The translations under genes were made by a program, and so were the position numbers. From contig NW_027192203.1 of NCBI RefSeq assembly GCF_041956535.1, forward strand, positions 248,001 through 312,000: DNA of 64,000 nucleotides. Direction: 5' to 3'. The notes under the pieces are model-generated. The model saw only the letters and a list, made by a program, of their open reading frames with translations, had not been told where the DNA came from and searched no databases. This DNA comes from Calcarisporiella thermophila CBS 279.70 (taxonomy: Eukaryota; Fungi; Calcarisporiellomycota). Shown here piece after piece: positions 23,488 through 37,624 of the stretch (positions within the stretch are counted from its first letter, which is position 1; every line of letters starts with the position of its first letter).

Positions 23488-24588
23488 TTATCGCAGAGCA
23501 TTTGAATTCGGTGGCGCGTCCATCGGTTCACGACCATGGATCTTTCGCCTAATATGCCTCAAGAGGGCGTCTCTCCGCGTAAACTGCTTCCCGCAAGTCT
23601 GGCACTGCACCCCTTGGTCGCCTTGGTGCCGACGCATATGGCGTTGCAAATCGTACACTCGGTTAAATGTCGCATTACATATATGACACACCGGCAACAT
23701 GCCAGTGTCGCTACTGTTGTGCTTCCCGCTTTTGCAACTTGTCTGAGAGTTTTCCTCGCTCGCTACATATTTGTTAGGAGCCAGCGTGACCCCATCTCTT
23801 TGATCATCTCTCAAATAGCCATTTGCTATATTTTCATCGGTAGATGAAAGCGTGGATATACTCTTCTCTGGAGCGGGAAAGTATGTCTGTGAGTCGTGTG
23901 AAGGCGTAGGTGGGTGCTTGGCGATGGAAGATGCGCTAAACTCAAGTTTAGAAAAAGACTCTTGATCCCCATTAGGGAATGCAGGTAACTTGGCCGCCCC
24001 TCCTGTTGGAGCCAGGGCCAATCTCGGCTTTTTGTTCTGAATTTCATATATATCTGCGGAAGCGCCCTTTGCATTCTCCTGTTGAATCTGCTGGGGCTGA
24101 GATGACAAGACTCGCTTCCTCCGCTTTTTGATTATGGACGTTGTAAAGGGCTCACTCTCGGTCACAGAATTTCGTGAGAGATTCGAAATAATGGCCGCTG
24201 CAATCAAGACGTTTTCCTCCAACTCACTTGCCTTGAGATCCTCAAAGCTAGGTGATGGGACCGTTCCACTCTCTGCCGCGATTTCTGGAGTCAACTGAGA
24301 AAACGAAGAGTTTGAGGAGGTTGACACTGAAGATAGTGTTCGTTGGTTGGCAGATAAGGGGGAGGTAGACGAAGGCGGAGGGGTTATCGAGGTGAACCAA
24401 GGAAGAGTGGGCATTTCGTTAGAGCTTGAGCCATGCGCAACCAGAGACGGTGGCGGAGATGAAGTAAGAGATGAGCCAACGGAGTTTGGAGGGGATGGTG
24501 ACTCATACTCGCTAGCTGGCCACCATCGTTCATCTCGTACTGCGGATACCCGTTGCTGCATGTCCCAATGATGACGAAATGATATCAT
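23488..24588 (-). CDS. C2H2 zinc-finger transcription factor (two C-terminal fingers)
   Basis: CHICNATFNRVYDLQRHMRRH and CQTCGKQFTRRDALLRH. Ser/Pro-rich N-terminus with an NLS-like KKRRKR. Confidence 0.88.
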   Translation of the reverse strand: MISFRHHWDMQQRVSAVRDERWWPASEYESPSPPNSVGSSLTSSPPPSLVAHGSSSNEMPTLPWFTSITPPPSSTSPLSANQRTLSSVSTSSNSSFSQLTPEIAAESGTVPSPSFEDLKASELEENVLIAAAIISNLSRNSVTESEPFTTSIIKKRRKRVLSSQPQQIQQENAKGASADIYEIQNKKPRLALAPTGGAAKLPAFPNGDQESFSKLEFSASSIAKHPPTPSHDSQTYFPAPEKSISTLSSTDENIANGYLRDDQRDGVTLAPNKYVASEENSQTSCKSGKHNSSDTGMLPVCHICNATFNRVYDLQRHMRRHQGDQGVQCQTCGKQFTRRDALLRHIRRKIHGREPMDAPPNSNALR

Positions 24589-27500
24589 CTAGAAAAGTAG
24601 GGCTGGAGGCTGAATGTGGCTCCTAAGGGAGGACTGGTACGAATTTAGCAACCGTATGCTTTCGGCTTGAAATCAGAGCGGACAATGTAGCGAGAGAGGT
24701 GCCTGGAGGTAATCGATAGCAGAATAGATAAATAAAATATTGAATATATCAAAATGACTGAATGGTGTTCTGGTGTCAAGAAGGGAACAAAGCCAACCTC
24801 GACTAAGAGGAGCCGTTTGGAATAACTACTCTTGCTGATAGTGATAATCGAGTGAGAATGCGCTGAATCCTCCGGTCTATGAGATTGGGTAAAATAAAAT
24901 GGAACACCCTGAAGGGTGGCAAACAATAATGGTGCAAATGAAGACAAAACAATAGAAATGGGTACAAAGTTGGCCACACATATACAGAAGATAAATAGTC
25001 GGAAGATGGGCCCACTGGCTAGAGCAGCATGGCAGTAGAATGTCACCTTCTTGTCCCTAACAAGATTAAAAATAGGTTAAACCAGAAAAATTGCAATGAG
25101 AGAGGGGAGAGGCAAAAACAAGCTGCGCCTAGCTTGGTGGCAAAGACGGCCCTCCACCTCTGCTTGTTCCTCATCTCCGTGATCTCTGCCAAACTTAGAA
25201 TTGCATGGAACTAGCCACTGATCCGATGCAGATTTTCCGGATACGAGCTCTTTATTTTAACCTTGGATCCTCTATAGAGCTGCAATAGGAGGCTGAATAA
25301 GGAATCAAGGACTAACCAACATTATGTTTTGATCTCTTCATTTTTGTTTCTCCCTGATAATTTCATTCCAGGCCATGCGCTGGTATGTTTATTTGCTTTG
25401 CTTTTGGTAGCCCGCGGACTTTTTCAGTTTCTTCTAGCCTCGTTGAGCTAATACGAGACGTTGATTAGGATTGAAGCTCGTGTTTTGAACATGGAAGAAT
25501 GAACATCCAGTCTATCTAAATTGCTCAAGAGAGGATGGAGGCATTGAAACTAGATAGGGTGTTATTCCTATGGCATATATGTATTTATACGTCTATCCGC
25601 ATTTATTAATCATCGCTTGCATACCCAAAGCCTAATCCCGCACAAATGAAAGGCATGGAATCATTGGGGTGCGGCTGGAAACCTAAACATGTTCCCTTGA
25701 ATCCTATTTCCACGACGCTCTCGACATTGGCTGTGTCATTACCGCAGCATTTTCTTAATTGTCGATCCAGTTTCAATAGATTCAACCTGCATGAGGAGCA
25801 ACACTTAGGAAGAGATTTTGGAATTTCTGGAGATCCAGATGCAGGATGACGAAATAGTAAAGGTAAATCAGAGCTTTAAGTGTGACACTAGTGTTTTTTA
25901 TCACGTATGCTGTTGTCTCGCAAGCTATCCCCATTCCGGTCTGCCAATGGGGGAGAAGGCTAGTTGGGTGATGACGTATTGCAGGATATTCTATTCCAAA
26001 TTCTGCCAACTGCTATCTCTATCCATCTACACATAATCTGCATAGGGCAATCTGTACTTTCTTTCCTTCAATGACAGGATATCAAGCTGTTAACACCTAG
26101 CCATGATAGGCCATGTGCCTCTTTTTGTTTCCATACATAGAGTTGTGGTAGAAAAGTCCGCAAACATACCTGAATGGGCTTGATCATACGAATAGGCGAG
26201 GCGGCGCGGTTTACCCGATAACAACTCTGGAGGGTAGAATCCAGCTTAGAAGCTTGTGATAGTAGAAATTGCGCCCTCCCTTGTAGGCGCCCATGCACTT
26301 CTTGCTCGAGTGTAAACATAGTAAATGTGTAAATTATTTTCCAAGAAATAGGCTTTTTTGTTTCTATTTCGAATCCAAGGTCTCTTTATAGGCAATTTTG
26401 TATTTCAATTTCGGGCTAACCTACAACCTAGTTAAGGCGCTTATCGCGATGCAGGATGCATTGTGCTCAACGATTGGGGATTCCGCTAATAAGCTCAGTC
26501 TGGCTTGAATTTCGAACGAGCCTTCTATTTCGGATGTTCAGGTAGCGATCTTCCTGGGCTCGGGATGGATCCGCCAATCCTTTTCATGCGATGGCTGGCT
26601 GTCTCGAGGTCCTTATCCTCGCCGCTTTCAGTATTTTTCGTTTGGGTCGCCGTCTCCAACTTTCTATCTATTTTTCGCTTCTTGGTGGTTAATACTTAAT
26701 TCTTAATTCTTAATCGCGGTTCTCCAAGGGGAGTTCGGGCAGCGGGGAACACAGCAAAAGGCCACACGGCCAATCGCTTGATGCCTCCAAACTTCCACAA
26801 GAAGACGAGAATGCAACCATGAGACTTTAAGCTTTGTTGCATCCTTTTTGTTTACAGATGTCAGCTCCCCACAAGGTCACACTGAGGGTGGCCCTGCTAC
26901 TTGCTCCTATCTGTACTGGCGTGTTGGGTTTGAGATAGGAGAGAGGGTGGGTATATGAAAAAGTTTTTAACCCCAAGGGAATGGTCCGCATTGTTTGTTG
27001 CGGACCTGGTTTGGGAAATGAGTTCCTTGGTGGTTGCAGAACGAAATCCCCAAAGCGAGCACGAGTGGCAGGGAGGCTTTGAGGTTGTGTAAGTTAGCGG
27101 GCTCTCGACATGTCTGCCGACGAGCAACGGATGCCCCAATGCCTCTCCAGTCGAAGGTAAAAGCTAAAGGACGCGTGACTGACTCCGTAGCCACTCAGCC
27201 CTGCGACTCGCGCCAGCGCACATGGGTGTATTGAATCACATATTTCTGCATGATTCGCGACCACTCCATTGTATATAACGTTATCTTTATCTGTCGAATT
27301 ATCCCCCCCCGTATCTTCATGGCTGCGTCGTAATCTCTAGTTATATTATTATGCCCTGAAAAGGGAAAATGCGCATATTCGATTATCCGACAAGTTTTCT
27401 ATCTCTGCAATCTAAGCTGGCATTGTAAAATAGTGTTTCTGGCTCCAGAGAGCTGGGTTCGTAGGCTGCAGCCTGCAAAGCATCTCTAGTCCTCATTCGA

Positions 27501-28464
27501 ACATGCACCCCATCATGCTGTGTTTTCCCCCCTCTCTCCCCGCCCAAGCTCAGTCACTTGATGCCCATTGGGAGGTAGGCCGGCTGCAGGCGGCGATTGC
27601 TGAGGAGGGATGGCGGCATCCAGGCAAGATGCTTGTGATATATCCGTGTCCGAGGGATAGCCCCGGTTTCGGGCTATCCCGTTTTGTTTGGAACATCCTT
27701 GGAGTGAAATCGTGGGAGAGGGAGGCCGGTTTTACCTTTTGGGTGGAGATTCATTCTAAGAATAAAATTCCAAAGGCTAAAATGGCGGGCGAAGGGCTTG
27801 GCCGGCATTGGGGGAGTGGGGGGGGGGGGACAAGCGCAGGCCGGGTCGAACCAGGTTTAACCAAGGTCTTGGATTGGCTATGTGCTTAAGCGTCGTACAT
27901 GTGCTAGAGCTCTTTGACAGCTGCATGAGGGGCAATCGCCGTGCAGAGGCGAGTTAATGATGTAACGTCTGCAGGCCAAGCCACCATTTCCCACATGGGA
28001 TGCCCCACTGGTTGGTGGTGAATGAGAAGAGAAGTTTTCTCCTTTCACCCACAAAACCTCTACAATTTTTCTTTTATTCCTTTTCCTTTTTCTGCTTCTG
28101 TTTTCATACACCTGCCTTCGTCAGCCCTCAGCTCCCATCGCCAACCACCCCACCCCTGCATTAGCTGCCGTGAGTGTCCCCCCCGCGCCATTGCCCCTCT
28201 GCCCCCTTTGTTTATGTTTGCTGCGGTTGCTATTCTTGTTGCTGCTGCGATTCTTTTTCTATAAGTACAAAATAAGGATTGGATTGATTGGGGACGAGGG
28301 AAAGCTTTTTTGTGCTAACATTAATCATTAACCTTTTTTCCATTTTCCACGTCATTTCTCGACCATCGTGCTCACTCTCCCTTTTTTTTTCCACCAAGGT
28401 TAGTCCAATCGAGATTCTGACGGTTTTCGAGGTGCCTCTCCTCTAATCCACATTGGATGCTTCC

Positions 28465-31056
28465 ATGGTGCCTAACCCAAAAGCATTGCCTGTACGCCCG
28501 CCGTCTTCGCCCACTGCTACCCAGGCCACCGTCTTTCTTCCCATCGATATCCCTGGTACGACCGCCGACAACTCTCCAATGTCTGATTCTCCTCCCGGCA
28601 ACAAGCACAATCTACTCCACCGTCGTTACACCCTCAAGACCCTAAACGAGCTTAACCAAGCCGCCGCCGCTGCTGCCGCCGCTGCCGCCGCAGGTTCGAA
28701 CACCAGCAATCGAAATCAAATCATCCGCAATGAATCAACTACTTCTCCTGAAGCTATGAACGAAGCTACCAACTCAGGATCGGTCTCAGGCGACTTCCAA
28801 AAAATCAGCAAAATGCCTCTACATGATGACTTCCGCCTTCCCCCGCCACGAAAGATTTCCGCCCCATCGGCCACTACCCTTGATCCTTCCACCTACACCA
28901 CCACCAAGACCGATGGCCAATCTTTCGAGTTCGAGGTCCGCCCCCACGACTCCGATAGCGAGTACGAGTACACAAGCGGCGAGGACGACTGCTTTTTCGA
29001 GGAGGGCGAGACCGAGGGCGCCGAGGGGAAAGAAAAGCGACGCTTCTCTCTGTTTCATAATCTCAAGCTGCCCCCTTCCCTTCCCCTGTTGCCCTTTTCG
29101 AACCAGGTCGGAGGCCACGCCTCCTTCTTCCGCTTTTCGAAAAAGGCGATCTGCAAACCCGTCTCCCGGCGGGAGCAGGAGTTTTACGAGTTTGTCGAGG
29201 CGCTCCACCCCGAGCTCCTCCCCTTCATCCCCCAGTATCTGGGCGTGCTCAACGTCGCGTACCGCTCCGACGGAGACCAGGCGGTGCCCGAGGTCATCTT
29301 CGAAAAGAACAAGCACATCCTCCCTGAATGGCTTCTCAAGCGGCTGCTTGGCCCGGACGCCTCCCCGGAGCCCTATCTGAGCTGCAGCGAGAAGGATTGC
29401 CATGCGATTGGCCGTATCCGAGGATCCTCTCGGGTCAACTCGAAACTACGGGAGCAAGTGCTACGCGAGGTCTTGTCGCCGCGCTCTCTGCGGGCGCGGC
29501 TGCGCCGGGTTCACTCGCAATTTTCCAGCCGGCGCCCCCCGCACTCGGAGCACCGTCGCCACTCGGTCAACGACATCAGGGCGGAGATTCTGAAGAGTGC
29601 TAAATCGGTCCCGGTCTCGCTCCTGTCTGCCTCGCGCAGTTTCGCTAATCTAGAGCTGGATTCGTCGTCGGATGTGGTGGGCCAGACAAGCCCAAGCTCT
29701 ATCATCACCGTTTCCGAGGATGAGGGTGACGACGACCGCCGATGGCCCGCAGACGATGGGCACCAGCACCACGAAGGGAATGGGGAGGCGAGTGTATCCA
29801 ACGGCACCGCCGCCTTCGCTGCAAAAGACAAACAAGGCCGCAAAGCACAGCTTTCGCGAGTCGTGGAGTATTCTCCAGAAACCTCCATTTTCCGCATGGA
29901 CGACTATTCGTCGCCGCGACCCCCCTCCCCCCCCGACTCCCCCCCGCTTGCCCACTCCCTGCCCACCCGGCTCACCCCGCCAATATCCGAACGCCTCACC
30001 GCCGACCAACCGCTGCTTCTCACCCCCAAGCCGCCGCAAAAGGACGCGGCTGACCACCCCCTTGCTTCAATCTCGCACCCATGGTCTCGCCACATCTACC
30101 ACTCCACTCTCTCCAAGCTCAAGGAGTCCGCCGAAAAATCAAACGACAACCTGCACCAGTTTATTCTCATCGAGGATCTCACCGACGGGCTCAAGCACCC
30201 CTGCATACTGGACCTGAAGATGGGCACCCGCCAACACGGAGTCGATGCAACGCGCGAAAAGATGCTAAGTCAGACACAAAAGTGCGAAAAAACCACGAGC
30301 AAAGCACTTGGAGTGCGCGTGTGTGGAATGCAGGTAAGTGGTTGAAGTGGAACAGCTCTCCTTCCGTGGCTCGAGCACTAATGGTGATGCCCTCTCTGGG
30401 CCTCCTCTCTCCCTCTTTGTGTCCCATAGGTGTACAAGGAGACTACAAAGCGGTTTCTCTTCCAGGACAAGTACTTTGGCCGGTCGTTGACCCCGGAGAC
30501 GTTCAATGGGGCGCTGAAGGAGTTTTTGAACAATGGTTTCTGCGTGCTAATACACCACATCCCCGTCATTCTCCGGAAGCTGCGACGGCTTGCGCGGATC
30601 ATTCGCAAACTGCACGGTTATCGGTTCTATGCCTCGTCGCTCCTTGTCTTTTACGATGGCAACGTTCACAGCACTCGTAAAATCGACATCAAGATCATCG
30701 ACTTTGCCCACTGCATGACGAATCGAGACCTGGAGAATGTGAAAAATCTCAGCTATCCTCCGTCGCATGATGGCCCGGATCACGGCTATCTGCTGGGCTT
30801 GAAGAATCTGTGTAAGCACTTCGAGGCGATTTGGTTTGAAGAAATGGACCGGCTGCATGAAAATGTGCATCGGACCGGCACGGGCGAACCGGCGAAATAC
30901 GATGGGATGGAGGAGTTAAGTCTGGAAGAAGACGATGAAATCTTCTACGGAATCGACGATCCCCTGCCCCGCTCCATCCCTCAACCCACTCCTGCTAACC
31001 AAGTTACGACTACCCTCAATGCCAATTCCGAGAATAGTAAGCAACATAATTCTTGA
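28465..31056 (+). CDS. KCS1: Inositol hexakisphosphate kinase, Kcs1-like
   Basis: [42 protein letters not shown] (PxxxDxKxG), [20 protein letters not shown]. Intron 30334-30429. Exact start uncertain. Confidence 0.93.
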
Positions 31057-31682
31057 TTGTTTCTTTCCTCTATATCTCTCTCTTTATATATATATTTTCC
31101 CTCATTTATACACACTTTAAACCAAAATTGCAAAATAGCTAATGCTCTGTCTGCTGGTTAGACTTTGTGTGTATATTAATGTCGCTTTCACTTTTTTTTA
31201 TTATAGACCCCCTTTTTTTATTATTTCTTTTGAAAATATGAACATTTGGATTTTCTTTTTCTTAACTATCATTCTATTTTCTACTCGACTATTTTTCTCA
31301 CTCTACTTTTTTTATTAGTTGTAGCTTGTCTTTTTTTTTTCCTTTTTATATCTATATAGCTTTCTATATTGAGCATTTTTTTTTTTTCCTCCCTCTTACT
31401 TTCTGGCTTAACCATGTTTCAGTATTCTTGTGTATTATAATTTCTCTCATCATTTTTCTTTTTGCGGATAGTGAAAAAAAAATACTACTACATTTCTCTT
31501 TTAAAGATCAATAAAAATGTTGTACTTCTTCTGAAATCTAACGAGAATGCACTCTTTAAATTAAACTCTCGAAACAAATAGGCGAAAGGCGATACTGAGT
31601 CCAGGCAAAGAAAAACACACAACGGGTATACAGGCAAAATTACAAACTCTACAGCTAGTCTATCCCGGAGATCGGCTCCTGT

Positions 31683-32819
31683 TTATGGCTCCCTCATTTT
31701 CCCCTTCTTCGCCCGATGGACCTCGACGATCAGCTGCAGCTTGAGCAGACCCGCGTCCATGGATTTCAGGGGAACAATCTCCATCTCCTCAAGGCCAGAG
31801 CGCGAGTGCTCGCTCGGCTCGGCGGGAACCCAGAGGAAATCAGGCTACTCGCACACACATTGGTTACGGACTTGGCATAGGATAGAAAATAGCACACAAA
31901 ACAAGCATCTAACCTTGAGTTGAGCGGGCTCGTGCCCTTTTTTGAGCTCCATCGCAACCAAGAACGTGCATTCTACACACAGTTAGGCCACGCATTCTTC
32001 CAACACAAGGGCCACAAAAAGGGTTACTTACCGGGAGGAATGGGTGGCAAATAAGCATCGCACGAGTGAATCTTCAGTAGAAAGGCCCTTAAATAGTGCT
32101 CAAGGTCCCCACACTGTAATCCACCCTCCACCCTACTCGAGGTAGCCCACTTTTAGTCCAAGTTCAAACAATACAAGTGGAACAAAAAAACGGGGGACTT
32201 ACCGAACATCATCACGTACGAGCTCGGGTGCAACTATATTTTCCACCTCGAATACAAAGCGCTCCACCGGATTTTGCTCATTCAGAATGATGACATTAAC
32301 GCGTTCCACCAGCCCCTACAAGAAGACCAATGAGCAATGCTTAGAATTGGAACAGGCATGCAGTAAGAGCTGCATTTGCAAGTACTTTTTCAAGATTGGA
32401 TTTGCACGCTAGAACCGCATTGGTTATCCACTCATTCAGTCCCGGGTGGCGCGATTGTTGTAAGGGAATGTTGTACTTTCTACACTTTTTAAATAGCTCT
32501 GGAGGCATTCTTTAATACCGCCCTCCCAATTTTGCAAGGATTTTGCTTACCATGAGGATAAATCTGACGCACGTAAACAATCTGGTGGATTGCAATTTCC
32601 ACTATGGAGGCGGTAAAGGACAAAAAATACCAAATAAATTAAGCGTGTATTCTCCAGCGAGAAAAGAAGAATATGCTCACGAAATTCACAGAGTACTTCG
32701 ATTAATTCTAAAACACAATGAGAACAATAAGGTCAGTTCGGGAAGAAACATGAAAGACAGATAGGTGGCAAGACACCTTTACGTGTGAGGTACTGGCCGT
32801 TGGTTCTTTCTACACTCAT
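31683..32819 (-). CDS. REV7: HORMA-domain DNA polymerase zeta subunit Rev7/MAD2L2 (8 exons)
   Basis: Hand-spliced: MSVERT...VLCEF|LEIAIHQIVYVRQIYPH|ELFKKCRKYNIPLQQSRHPGLNEWI...PVERFVFEV...LRAFLLKI...CTF...WVPA...IVPLKSMDAG..KLQLIVE. Confidence 0.92.
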
Positions 32820-33092
32820 TCCATAAAGCGTGCAGGAGAGTCACACCGCGTCTTTGGCCATGACTCGTCGCACCCGGGTGATAATCAAGCAATCTAAGCC
32901 GCAGCGAATGCAATTGAAAGTCACATAGGAAGAGGAAAAATTTTTGACTTATTTAAAGACAAACTTTTCCATTATTTTAAAAATTGACCTAATTCAAAAA
33001 TTAAGGCTAAATCCTTTTACCAAGCTAATCAAGCTGCCCATAACTTGTAACGCGTGGACGAAATTTATTAGACGACTGTATATCAAGCAACG

Positions 33093-33761
33093 ATGAGTGA
33101 TACAGAACGTGGTGGAAGTGGTGTTGACGATGAGCTCTCTCTCCCAAAGGGTAGGTGATTTAGATGGGCTTCTTTGTCTCTTTTTTATTTCAGCCCGCTT
33201 GTACTCATCATTTTCCTGCTCGATCGACTCACATGCCCTTGCCTCTTAACGAAATTAGCCACAGTACAGAAGATCATTCAAGAGATGATGCCAGATGACA
33301 TGGCATGCGCCAAGGACACGCGCGATCTACTTATTGATTGCTGTGTTGGTAAATAAGGGATTGAATTGCTTGACCACCTGCCCTCAGAGAATCTAACGCA
33401 TTTTGGTTGTAGAATTTATCCACTTGATTGCTTCCGAGGCAAATGAGATTTGCGAGAAAGAGGCCAAAAAAACAATCGCCGCCGAGCACGTCATTGAAGC
33501 ATTAAAGGTAGGGACGAATGGATTCACGCCAGATTATATCGGTTGGCTAATTTTTTCGTCTCACAGGGCTTGGGTTTTGAGAGTTATATTGAAGAAGTGC
33601 AGGGAGTGTTTAGGGAGCATAAGCAACAGCAAAAGGACCGCGACCGCCGAAGCTCGCGCCTCGAGAACACTGGTATGTCAGAGGAGGAGCTGTTGCGGCA
33701 ACAGGAGCTTCTCTTTGAGCAATCTAGACTTAAATATGAAGCTCAACAGAATGGCCCTTGA
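33093..33761 (+). CDS. NCB2: Negative cofactor 2 beta subunit (Dr1/Ncb2), histone fold
   Basis: DDELSLPK|ATVQKII...RDLLIDCCV|EFIHLIASEANEICEKEAKKTIAAEHVIEALK...GMSEEELLRQQELLF. Confidence 0.95.
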
Positions 33762-34104
33762 AAATTCGTAATGCGAGTCTTTTAAATTGGCTTATTGGAT
33801 GTAATTTTTTTCCTTATTTGATTTTCTTTTGTTTTTCGTTCAAGTCCTGAACTTTTTAGTTTTTTTTTATTGCTCTTTTCTTGTATATATGAGACGATCT
33901 GTACTGGCCTATTCATCCTATTAATAACTTTTTTTTTTAAAAAAAATATGGGCTTGGCCAAGTAGAACGCACGATAAAACATGGTCACTTAATATCTCCT
34001 AGTCTCGAGCTAGACAGAGGTGGGAGGAGAAAAGGGAGGGGGGTAAATACCAGAGCACAGTACAAAAAGATAGACAAGGAATAAATAGCACAAGCACTAG
34101 GGGG

Positions 34105-37100
34105 TCATCGACTGAGGGCTATCTTGCGCAATCTGGTGGCCTCCTCTTGACTCAGCTGCAGCATCGTGGTCATCACGGGCATGAGCGCCTCGCGATCTGG
34201 CGCCTCCAGGAATTTAAGCAATACATTCTTTATATAGATGTTCTCCATGCCAGGGTTTTGCTGCCGTTTCATGAGCGCGTCGACGCGGCGTATTTCGCTC
34301 TTAAGCACACCGACCTGCTCGGTTAGACGCTGGACCTGGGCGTCGCTGTCGCCGAGAAGCTCTGTCATGTGTTGAATTTGAGTCTGATATTCTCTCTCTT
34401 TACTTGGGGTCAGCTCATCTCCACTGGCATTTTTCTGCACGGGGACGGCTCCAGATTTTGAAGCTGGATGGGTAGGGGCGGACTCGTACGAGAGAAGCTC
34501 TGAAAGGGAAGCTATAGAAACGAGAAAAAAAAGCATCTATAAATTGAATTGCCAGGAAATGCGAGGGAGGGGGGAGGGATAACTCACAGTAAAGGTCACC
34601 CGCTGCTGAAGATGAGGATCTGGACGAAATGGGGGGAGTGGTAGTGGAATTGGCCGGAGTACTTTTTCCAACTGACTTGTTTAAGTCGTTTTCAACCGTC
34701 GCAGGCGGAAGGTCGCTTGTGCTTGTACTTGCAGAGGAAGGTATTCTACCAGAAAAGATCCCACCCAACGACTTGGCCGGATCGGATGCATTGTGTCTTT
34801 GCTGTGCTTTCAGCTCCCTTCGGAGTCCCTCGATTTCCTCGTCTCGCTTAGTAATGAGGGAGCGCGCAGTCGAAAGCTCCTCGCCGAGGCGCTGGTAAGA
34901 AAAAAAGAGAGGGCAGGAGCGAGAGGGGAGGAGAAGATCAATGGGAATCCGGACATTATCAATTAGTGGCTAATCGGATGGATTACCTCTGATATTTGCT
35001 GTAGCTCTTCTATTTGTTCGCTTTTCTTGGATAGGCTCTGGTTCACATTTTGAGCCGAGCGCTCCACCTCCAACCGCAGAGAATGGATGGTTTGCGCGTG
35101 ACGCTTCTCCATTTCTTCCACCGCTAATATGAAAAAAAAAATGGAATTAAAACAAGGATCTTTTCTCTCCTCCCTCCCCCCCTCTGGCCAACAAATCGTT
35201 ACCATCCTGGTATTCCGCTTGGTCTCTTCTGATTTGGTCTTCAAGCTTTTCCACTTGTGCCTGTAGATCCAAGTGCTGGCGCTTGAATTGCAACAATGCC
35301 TCAAGTTCTTGCTCCATACCTGAAGCATGTGCAAGCGCTTCCTGCAAATCTCTTTCTGCAGTGGCTAATCTATGCTGGAGCCCGGTTATTTCGCTGTTTT
35401 TCTCACTAATTCCACATTTTTGAGGTTGAGTTAGTATCTGGACAGATGGGATAGAAAATGAGGCCAATGCAAGGATTCTTACAGCCTCTCCATTTCCAAG
35501 CTTCTCAATTGCTCCTCTAGTTGGGCAAGCCTAGAATCGCCCGGATGTTGGGTTGGCGCCTGTTGATTGAGCAATGCGTGGGCGCGTTTTTTATACTGCT
35601 GGTATTCTAGTTTAATCTGATTTTGCTGATCTATTGCCTCTTTTAATTTGGATTCCTATACATGTTGGGAGGAGTAAGCACAACAACGCTTTACGGGTTC
35701 ACGTGAGCACGCTATGAGAGCCTACCAAGCTTTCAATTCGTGATGAACTCTTGGACGATTGTGTCTGCAACTCGAATTCTAATTCCTTGTTCATTGCTAC
35801 TCAACAGTGGTATGATTGAGTACCCGGCTTTAAAGGGCATATCCGGAAATAAAAAGGGCGAAGCAAAAAAAAAAAATACCTTTACTCTCATCCAGAGCAT
35901 TCCGCATTTCATCTAGCTCATTCCTCAGCGTGTTTACCTCTGTCATCAGACGTTCTATATCCTGATCTTTTTCTACAATAGTCTGGCGCATTTCCCCTAG
36001 GTTTTTGTTAGCGGCCGAGAAAACTCCTTTCATCTTCTTAATCTTCTCCTCGTGCTCAGTCTTGAGCTTTTCAATTTCGGCTAGTACACAAAAGATTTGA
36101 ACATGAACTGTCTAGCACAATACAAATACGAATCTTCGGCATACCATTACGCTTGTCGAGAGCTTCTTGGAGATCGGATATCTCGATTGATTCGGTACTC
36201 GACTTGACACCAGGAACTGGTGAACCGATCCCGCTTTGATTCTAAAATGTCATCGGGGTCAACAACAGATTATAACTCGGTTGAGAGGATCAAACCGATC
36301 ACCTTTAGCCTCGATCTCAAGCGTTCAACTTCACGCTCTAGTCTAGCAATCTGTTTATCCGCTTGTTCAAGCTCACTGCCTCCGGGCCTTTCGCTCTGAT
36401 CTTGACCGGTCACTTCCGGTTTCTCGTTCGGTTCCTTGTTGGGCATTGTTACGGATTTCTCGAGGTCGCCCTCCCCATTCTCTCCGGTCTGTGACATCAG
36501 CGAGAGAATTTGGCTCCGGTACTGTTCATTTTCAGTGGCAAGTTGGTCGGCTCGAGAACGCCAATGTTCCAACTCCTCCCAAATTTCGTCTCTATTTCTG
36601 GTGCCGCTGGGCTGCGACTGGGCCTTGGAGGCTGCAACGGTCGACTCGAGAGATGCGATGATACCATTTAATCTTTCGATCTCTCGAGCATTCTTCTCGT
36701 TTGCCTGCTCTCGCTCCTCCAGGATCCCTCGATTGGCCTCCTCCATCCCTTCAGCTGATATACTGCCCAGCGCCTCCAACTCTTCCTCTAAAGACCTTGG
36801 ATTCGCGGCTTCCTCATCCGTTTCGCCTGACTCCGCTGATATCACTTCTCTCAGTGAAAGGCACCGAGCAAGGGCCTCTCGTAATTCCTCCTCCAATTCA
36901 GGTGGGCCTTTTCCTTCATCCTCCTCTTCCGGAGGAAAGCATTTCTTTTGCACTTTTTCCATAACGTCGAGAGATTCCACCAGTCCTTTTTTCATATCAG
37001 CGTAGGAGGAGCGAAGTCGACTGATTTCAGCAAATACCACCGCGTATTTCTGCGTGATACTTTTCACCTGCTCTCGGCAAATATCCAAGTCTTTTGTGGT

Positions 37101-37624
37101 TTGCTCAAAGCGCGCGGCGAGTTCTAATCCGCGATAAAATTAGCTTTGATAGCTTTGTGCCATGATGCCAGATTTCTGCCTACCATTATATTCTCGCATA
37201 GTTCTTGGCCGAGGACGAGCTGAAGTGGCTTGCGAGCTGATTCCGCGCAGAAGATTCGAGTTCAAGGTAATTAGTATGAAGCCCTAAGTAAGATGTAATT
37301 TGTAAAGATATACCTCGTTGGTGAATTTGTTACATTGGCACGCTAAAGGGGCAATGAAAAGAGAGAAAATAAATTAGATTCCAGTTTAATATAACCCATA
37401 CGATGGCGTGTCTAAGTGAACACCGTAGTGAGTGTGCTGAAAACGTCATGTCAACTTACCGCGCGAGGATTCAGTGATGATGCTGATTTGCACACATCGG
37501 AGGCGATTGCTTCGCGTGGACTACCGCCAATCGTGCCAGCACCACCCGCTCCCTGTCGACGAACAGCAGCCGCAGAAAGCTCACGTTCAACTTCAGATAC
37601 TTTTTTTAATATTGAGTTGAACAT
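34105..37624 (-). CDS. Coiled-coil golgin with C-terminal GRIP domain
   Basis: Multi-exon heptad-rich E/K/L/Q sequence ending NIYIKNVLLKFLE..DREALMPVMTTMLQLSQEE (GRIP motif). Start MFNSILKKVSE. Confidence 0.8.

Noticed and set aside
28819-30680. Many overlapping ORFs within KCS1 (likewise within the Zn2Cys6 gene)
   Set aside because: Expected from GC-rich coding DNA with few off-frame stops.
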